Positions 58,348 to 64,000 of a stretch of DNA of 64,000 nt are shown in pieces (within the stretch, counting starts at the first letter, position 1; each line of letters opens with the position of its first letter). The stretch is taken from positions 61,046 through 125,045 of the forward strand of contig UQLX01000001.1 in the NCBI GenBank assembly GCA_900541985.1. Reading direction: 5' to 3'. Origin of the DNA: an uncultured Blautia sp. (GTDB lineage: Bacteria; Bacillota; Clostridia; Lachnospirales; Lachnospiraceae). The notes beneath the pieces are model-generated. The model saw only the letters and a list, made by a program, of their open reading frames with translations, was not told the origin of the DNA and searched no databases. A program made the translations under genes and the position numbers.

Positions 58348-60399
58348 ATGCCTGAAGAAAAGACAGGACGGGAATATCTGGATCAGGTACTTTCCTGCCT
58401 CCGCAAGAGACTGGAGGAGGTCAATGCTTCTATTGAGGCAGGCGCCAGAGAGATTGAAGACATGCATGAATACTACTGGGAAAATTATACGGAAATGGAC
58501 CAGTACGGATATGAGGAATTTGATAACCGGCAGGCGCTTCTGGCACAGGTAAATGCCAACCAGGAGCAGCTTCTTCTGCGCAAGAGGTTTCGGAATATGC
58601 TGGATTCCCCATTTTTTGGAAGAGTGGATTTTATCTATGAAGGAGATGAGGAGCCGGAGCAGTTTTATATCGGAATCGGCAATCTGGCGGAGCAGGCAGG
58701 CGGGCGTCCTCTGGTTAATGACTGGAGAGCTCCTGTCAGCGGACTGTTTTATGATTTTGATAAAGGACGGGCATCTTATGAAGCGCCGATGGGAATGCTT
58801 ACCGGAGAGATCAGCTCCAAGTGGCAGTATAAGATCCGCCGCGGAGAAATGGTCTATGAATTTGAAAGTGATATCAAGATCGATGACGACATCCTGAAAG
58901 CAGAGCTCGGAAGCAGCGGCGAGGTGCAGCTGAAAAACATCATCCGTACCATACAGAAGGAACAGAATGCGATCATCCGTAATATGGAAGACCGGATCAT
59001 GGCGATCCAGGGAACTGCCGGAAGCGGTAAGACCTCTGTGGCGCTCCACAGGATCGCCTATCTGCTTTATCACGACAGAAAGAACCTGAAATCTTCCAAC
59101 ATTCTGATTCTTTCACCCAACAGTGTGTTTGCAGATTACATTTCTCATATCCTGCCGGAACTTGGAGAAGAAAATATCCGGGAAATGAGCTTTGACCTTT
59201 TTGCTTATAGGGATCTTCAGGATATCGCAGCTGACTGTGAGGACAAGTACGACCAGATTGAGAAAGCGGTGCAGAATTCTTCCACCTGGAAGCAGTACAG
59301 GGAAAAGCAGTCTCCGGAATTTGCCTCCCGGCTGGACGGCTTCATGCTGGAACTGGAGGATGAGCTGATGAATTTCCGGGAAGTGGAATATAAAGGCTGT
59401 ATTCTGACAGAATCAGAAATCATCCGGCTGTTTTATGACAGATTTCCGGATATTCCGCTTTTATCCAGGATGGAAGCCATTGCGGAATATTTTATCGATC
59501 AGGTGGAAACACTACGTGACAGAGATCTTTCTGAAGAGGAAAGAGAGGAGATCACGGATAAATTTATGAAAATGTACAGCACCAGAGACTGCTATGTGCT
59601 TTACAGCCGTTTTCTGGACAGAGAGGGGTATCGGCCTTTGCCGAAACGTCCTGTGGAAAAACGTGCGCTTAAATATGAGGATGTCTACCCGCTTCTTTAT
59701 CTGAAGCATCATCTGATCCGGTGCAGGACACACAGCGAGATCCGTCATCTGGTTGTGGATGAGATGCAGGACTATTCCTGGATCCAGTATCTCCTTCTTC
59801 AGAAGCTTTTTCCCTGCAGGATGACGATCCTGGGAGACAAGGCTCAGACCATGGAGGAAGAGCAGCAGGATGTGATGAAGTTCCTGCCGAAGATTTTTGG
59901 AAGAAATATCCGGAAGATCTATATGAACAGAAGCTATCGGAATACCGTAGAGATCGCGGAATATGCCAACCGTCTGGCGGGGATCACGGATATGGAACTG
60001 TTTGAACGCCATGGAGCGCCGGTTCGGGAGGAAAGCTTTATATCACAGGAGGCGGCTCTGGATGCTGTCCTTGAAGGCTGGCTGCAGGCAGAGGACCGTC
60101 TGGAAACGGCGGCAGTGATCCTGATGACAGAAAAAGAGGCCAATGAGGCTTTCCTGTATCTGAAAAAACGTCTGGAGGATCTGGAACCGGAGAAAGCAGA
60201 CAGACTGACCTATCTTGACAGGAACAGCGGTAAATTTCAGAAGGGATTGACGGTGACAACCTTTTATCTGGCAAAGGGACTGGAATTTGACAGAGTTTAT
60301 GGTGTGTTCAGTGGGAAAGGCCAGAGTCCGTTAAGGACACAGGCAGAATATATTACGGCAACCAGAGCACTCCATGAATTGTTCATGTACAGGATATGA
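58348..60399 (+). CDS. helD: UvrD-like helicase, HelD type (RNA polymerase recycling ATPase)
   Basis: 'IQGTAGSGKTSVALHRIAYLLY', 'VVDEMQDYS', 'SYRNT', 'AKGLEFDRV', and a long N-terminal coiled region as in HelD. Confidence 0.8.
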   Translation: MPEEKTGREYLDQVLSCLRKRLEEVNASIEAGAREIEDMHEYYWENYTEMDQYGYEEFDNRQALLAQVNANQEQLLLRKRFRNMLDSPFFGRVDFIYEGDEEPEQFYIGIGNLAEQAGGRPLVNDWRAPVSGLFYDFDKGRASYEAPMGMLTGEISSKWQYKIRRGEMVYEFESDIKIDDDILKAELGSSGEVQLKNIIRTIQKEQNAIIRNMEDRIMAIQGTAGSGKTSVALHRIAYLLYHDRKNLKSSNILILSPNSVFADYISHILPELGEENIREMSFDLFAYRDLQDIAADCEDKYDQIEKAVQNSSTWKQYREKQSPEFASRLDGFMLELEDELMNFREVEYKGCILTESEIIRLFYDRFPDIPLLSRMEAIAEYFIDQVETLRDRDLSEEEREEITDKFMKMYSTRDCYVLYSRFLDREGYRPLPKRPVEKRALKYEDVYPLLYLKHHLIRCRTHSEIRHLVVDEMQDYSWIQYLLLQKLFPCRMTILGDKAQTMEEEQQDVMKFLPKIFGRNIRKIYMNRSYRNTVEIAEYANRLAGITDMELFERHGAPVREESFISQEAALDAVLEGWLQAEDRLETAAVILMTEKEANEAFLYLKKRLEDLEPEKADRLTYLDRNSGKFQKGLTVTTFYLAKGLEFDRVYGVFSGKGQSPLRTQAEYITATRALHELFMYRI

Positions 60400-60542
60400 A
60401 ACAGAAAATATGACAGAAGTTTATATTTTCTTCATAGGATTTTCACATTGCGGTGGGGAAATTTTATTGACAGGCATGTAATAAAATTGTAAAATATGGT
60501 ACAAAGGGTCTGCAAGGATCCAGAATTCTTAAGGAGGATATT

Positions 60543-61640
60543 ATGAAGAACAAAAAAATACTTGCTGTTTTAGCGGTTACCATATCAGCATCAGTTTTTA
60601 TGGCAGGATGCAGCTTTGGCGGTGATGAACCGGAGACACAGAAGGTAGTCAGTGTTACACCGGCTCCGGAAGTGACCAAGGCTCCTACAGCAACACCGAC
60701 CATTGCGCCTGATGTGCAGAATACCACATATACCTCTGCAGATAAGTCTGTTTCTATCAATCTTCCGGATGCTACCTGGTCAAACAAGACAGATGAAGCA
60801 GATACGATCAGTTTTGAGTCACCGGATAACGGAAATATCCTGATCCTTCATGGACAGGGTGAGGAGACTATGGCTGCAACTGTGATCCCAAGCACCCAGG
60901 ATATGGCAGTTTCTCTGGAACAGGCAGATGGAGACAAGGTTCAGGGGACAGATTTTGAAATCCAGGATTATAAGGCAGAGGATGTAAACGGTATTGGCGT
61001 TTACAGCTATGTAACGAAGATGCTGAACACAGAAAAGAGCGGCGGTTCTCTTTATGTGATCCATAAAGTATTTGCCAATGCAGGTGAGTTTTATACCATT
61101 GAAGCTTCTGTAAAGAAAGAGGAGGCTCTTGCCTCTGTTAAGAGTGCGGTAGATTCTTTCAGGATCCTTGGAAATTCTTCCCTGAAGGAAGCAGCGCCGG
61201 GAACAGCTCCGGCTGCAGGAAATACTGAAGGAACGGATGCAGCGGCAGGAACGGATGCAGGAGCCGGGGATGCAGCAGCAGGAACCGATGCGGGAGCAGG
61301 AACGGATGCAGGAACCGGAGATGCAGCGGCAGGAACGGATGCAGGAGCCGGAGATACAGCAGGAACAGATACAGGAGCTGATGCAGGTGCTTCTTCCGGA
61401 ACTACCAATTCCGGTGGGTTTACAGAGGAACAGCTCAGCAGTACAGATGCTACGAGAACGATCTACAGAAACTCTGACGGACATCCGATCGTGATCCAGC
61501 CGGATGGAAATGGAAGCTGGGTAGACTTTGACGGTAATACTTATAACTTTGCAAATGACGAGGACGTTTATGCAGAGGACGGAACCGATTATTACTGGCA
61601 CGGAGAGGCTGCAGACGTATACTATATGCCAGTTCAGTAA
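60543..61640 (+). CDS. lipoprotein with a Gly/Thr/Asp/Ala-rich repeat linker
   Basis: Lipobox 'FMAGCS'. The central repeat is 'AAGTDAGAGDAAAGTDAGAGTDAGTGDAAAGTDAGAGD'. Confidence 0.7.
   Translation: MKNKKILAVLAVTISASVFMAGCSFGGDEPETQKVVSVTPAPEVTKAPTATPTIAPDVQNTTYTSADKSVSINLPDATWSNKTDEADTISFESPDNGNILILHGQGEETMAATVIPSTQDMAVSLEQADGDKVQGTDFEIQDYKAEDVNGIGVYSYVTKMLNTEKSGGSLYVIHKVFANAGEFYTIEASVKKEEALASVKSAVDSFRILGNSSLKEAAPGTAPAAGNTEGTDAAAGTDAGAGDAAAGTDAGAGTDAGTGDAAAGTDAGAGDTAGTDTGADAGASSGTTNSGGFTEEQLSSTDATRTIYRNSDGHPIVIQPDGNGSWVDFDGNTYNFANDEDVYAEDGTDYYWHGEAADVYYMPVQ
61230..61390 (+). repeat. degenerate tandem repeats (units of about 12-36 nt, ggaacggatgcaggagccgg...) inside the lipoprotein gene
   Basis: There are repeated occurrences of GGAAC(G/C)GATGC(A/G)G(G/C)AGC within 160 nt. 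Confidence 0.75.
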
Positions 61641-61715
61641 TTACGGCAGGAGTATCATATGGCAGACAGTAAAGGCAGGTGAGAGATCATCTGCCTTTTT
61701 ATAAGGAGTGAGACA

Positions 61716-62474
61716 GTGGAATCATACGGAAAATTTGCGCAGGTCTATGATATGTTCATGGATAATATAGATTATGAAATCTGGGCGGAATATATAGAAG
61801 GACATCTGAAAGCCCGGGGGATAGAAGAGGGGCTTGTGCTGGAGCTGGGCTGCGGCACAGGTACGATGACAGGATTGCTGGCACAAAAAGGATATGATAT
61901 GATCGGTGTGGACAATTCTGAAGAAATGCTGGCAGAAGCCATGAAGAAGAAAATGGAGACCGGACAGGATATTTTGTATCTTTTGCAGGATATGCAGGAG
62001 TTTGAACTGTATGGGACGGTGCGGGCAGTGGTAAGCGTCTGCGACAGCCTGAACTATATCACGGACAGAGAGGAACTTCTTCAGGTATTCCGTCTGGTAA
62101 ATAATTATCTGGATCCGCAGGGGATTTTTCTGTTTGATATGAATACCGTACATAAGTACAGAGATATTCTTGGAGAGACTACGATTGCGGAAAACCGTGA
62201 TGAGGGAAGTTTTATCTGGGAAAACAGCTATGATCCGGAAAACGGAATCAATATTTATGAGCTGGCAGTTTTTCTTCCGCGGGAGGATGGCCTCTATGAA
62301 AAATGTGAGGAACTGCATTGTCAGAAAGCCTATGAACAGAAAGAGATACAGGATCTGATCCGGGAGGCAGGGATGGAGCTTCTGGCGGTTTATGATGCCT
62401 ATACCATGGAACCTGCCCGGGAGGACAGTGAACGTCTGTTTTTTGTGGCGAGAGAAAAAGGAAAAGAAGTTTAA
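61716..62474 (+). CDS. class I SAM-dependent methyltransferase
   Basis: GTG start. Motif I 'VLELGCGTGTMT' and 'DSLNYI'. Confidence 0.8.
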   Translation: MESYGKFAQVYDMFMDNIDYEIWAEYIEGHLKARGIEEGLVLELGCGTGTMTGLLAQKGYDMIGVDNSEEMLAEAMKKKMETGQDILYLLQDMQEFELYGTVRAVVSVCDSLNYITDREELLQVFRLVNNYLDPQGIFLFDMNTVHKYRDILGETTIAENRDEGSFIWENSYDPENGINIYELAVFLPREDGLYEKCEELHCQKAYEQKEIQDLIREAGMELLAVYDAYTMEPAREDSERLFFVAREKGKEV

Positions 62475-62513
62475 GAAAATAATTTCAGAATAGATTGATC
62501 CAGGAGGAAAGAA

Positions 62514-63392
62514 ATGAAAGATTATATTGTAAGAGCAACTGCTGCAGACAGCCAGATCCGTGCATTTGCAGCTGTGACAAAAGAGACAGTGGAGGCAGCC
62601 AGAAAAGCACATAATACCAGCCCGGTGGCAACGGCTGCTCTGGGGCGGCTTCTTACGGCAGGCGCAATGATGGGTGTGATGATGAAGGGAGAAAAAGATA
62701 TCCTTACGCTTCAGATCAAGGCGGATGGCCCGATTAATGGAATCACTGTTACCGCAGATTCCCAGGGAAGAGTGAAAGGCTATGTAGGAAATCCGGAAGT
62801 GATCCTTCCTGCAAATGCAAAGGGAAAGCTGGATGTGTCCGGCGCTGTGGGGAATGGTTTCCTGAATGTGATCAAGGATATGGGTCTGAAAGAGCCTTAT
62901 TCCGGACGGGTGGATCTGCAGACCGGAGAGATCGCAGAGGACCTGACCTATTATTTTGCAGTCAGTGAGCAGGTTCCGTCAGCGGTAGGCCTTGGAGTCC
63001 TGATGAACAAGGGCAACACGGTACAGCAGGCAGGGGGATTTATTGTGCAGGTTATGCCTTTTGCAGAAGAAAAAACCATTGCAAAGCTGGAGGAGAATAT
63101 CCAGAAGATCCAGTCCGTTACGACACTTCTGGAGCAGGGACACACACCGGAAAGTCTTCTTGAGGCAGTATTTGAAGGCTTTGATGTGGAGATCATGGAT
63201 AAGGTTCCGGCAGAGTTTTACTGTAACTGCAGTAAGGAACGAGTGGAAAAAGCGCTGATCAGTATCGGACGCAAGGATCTGAATGAGATGATCCAGGAAG
63301 GCAAGGAAGTGGAACTGAACTGTCATTTCTGCAATACCAATTATGTATTCAGTGTGGAGGAACTGAAAGAAATCCTCAGAAAATGTAAATAA
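62514..63392 (+). CDS. hslO: Hsp33 family redox-regulated chaperone
   Basis: 'DYIVRATAADSQIRAFA' and the C-terminal zinc centre 'CNCS...CHFC'. Confidence 0.92.
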   Translation: MKDYIVRATAADSQIRAFAAVTKETVEAARKAHNTSPVATAALGRLLTAGAMMGVMMKGEKDILTLQIKADGPINGITVTADSQGRVKGYVGNPEVILPANAKGKLDVSGAVGNGFLNVIKDMGLKEPYSGRVDLQTGEIAEDLTYYFAVSEQVPSAVGLGVLMNKGNTVQQAGGFIVQVMPFAEEKTIAKLEENIQKIQSVTTLLEQGHTPESLLEAVFEGFDVEIMDKVPAEFYCNCSKERVEKALISIGRKDLNEMIQEGKEVELNCHFCNTNYVFSVEELKEILRKCK

Positions 63393-63465
63393 GAGCTGTG
63401 ATAAGATGCCGTGTGAACAGGAACGCCGCGGATGTCCGGTGGTAACGGACAGGAAAGGGGAAAAT

Positions 63466-64000
63466 ATGAAGGATGGATTTATAAAGGTAAGTGCGGGAAC
63501 TCCGGATGTAAGAGTGGGAGACTGCGAATACAATGCAGATGAGATCATCCGCATGGCACATGAAATGGAAGGAGAAGGCGCCAGGGTCATGGTGTTTCCG
63601 GAGCTTTGTATCACCTCCTACAGCTGCGGTGATCTTTTCTGGCAGGAAACGCTTCTCAATGAGGCAAAGGCACAGTTGCTCCGTATTGCAGAAGAAACAG
63701 GAGATGTGGACGGACTGATTTTTGTAGGGCTTCCTATGGAATATAACGGAAAGCTTTATAACATGGCTGCCGGGATCAGTGGAGGAGAAATCCTTGGTCT
63801 GGTACCAAAAATCAATATCCCGAATTATAATGAGTTTTATGAAAGCCGTTATTTTACATCCGGAAAAGATGTGAACGGGTGGGTTACGTTCTGTCACAGC
63901 GACAGCTTTGACACCGGGTATCCGGATTATGAAGTTGCGGTTTCTCCGTACTTACTTTTTTCCTGTCCGCAGATGCCGGAGCTGAAGGTGGCTGCAGAAA
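63466..64000 (+). CDS. nadE: glutamine-dependent NAD+ synthetase, N-terminal CN-hydrolase part (runs off the window)
   Basis: My own translation from the ATG at 63466 reads 'MKDGFIKVSAGTPDVRVGDCEYN...VMVFPELCITSYSCGDLF...KLYNMAAGISGGEILGLVPKINIPNYNEFYESRYF'. Confidence 0.85.
   Translation, partial: MKDGFIKVSAGTPDVRVGDCEYNADEIIRMAHEMEGEGARVMVFPELCITSYSCGDLFWQETLLNEAKAQLLRIAEETGDVDGLIFVGLPMEYNGKLYNMAAGISGGEILGLVPKINIPNYNEFYESRYFTSGKDVNGWVTFCHSDSFDTGYPDYEVAVSPYLLFSCPQMPELKVAAE

Noticed and set aside
58348-60399. The UvrD-like helicase as a GajB-type partner of the ATPase-Toprim gene, which would make a Gabija system.
   Set aside because: It is 26 kb away, in a different operon context (ybjQ-helD). 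It has the HelD-specific N-terminal region and motifs. Gabija genes are adjacent.

Overview
This is a 64-kb chromosomal segment of a low-to-mid GC Firmicute. Gene content and order suggest Clostridia/Lachnospiraceae, but that is inference. Most of the window is housekeeping, nearly all on the + strand. In order: malQ, a stand-alone tRNA-Gly(CCC), proC, tig-clpP-clpX-lon-engB, ecfA1-ecfA2-ecfT-truA, a CDF transporter, alkaline phosphatase, a YibE/F protein, a LOG-family protein, a four-domain flavodiiron protein, a RelQ-type small alarmone synthetase, an Ldh_2 oxidoreductase, glpK, clpB, a MarR plus heterodimeric ABC exporter operon, ybjQ, helD, hslO and the 5' part of nadE. Accessory or unusual parts: (1) An orphan lantibiotic-immunity operon (MutF/E/G-type ABC plus RR/HK) lies at 16.3-20.6 kb. 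(2) A TetR regulator lies next to an FGGY kinase that lacks its N-terminal phosphate-binding motif. (3) A second RR/HK plus FtsX-type ABC module lies at 25.0-30.1 kb. (4) A stand-alone ABC-ATPase/Toprim (OLD-family or fused-PARIS-like) nuclease gene at 30611-32461 has its own strong promoter, long non-coding flanks, a variant Walker B motif, a Cys-rich insert and a small in-frame downstream ORF. This is the best candidate for a defence system in the window. (5) A roughly 3-kb decayed integrative-element remnant (tyrosine integrase plus gene fragments) sits between glpK and clpB. (6) An HTH gene plus a disrupted Ser/Thr kinase lies downstream of clpB. No rRNA, CRISPR array, transposase or intact prophage was seen. 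All family assignments come from reading motifs in the translations. No database search was run.
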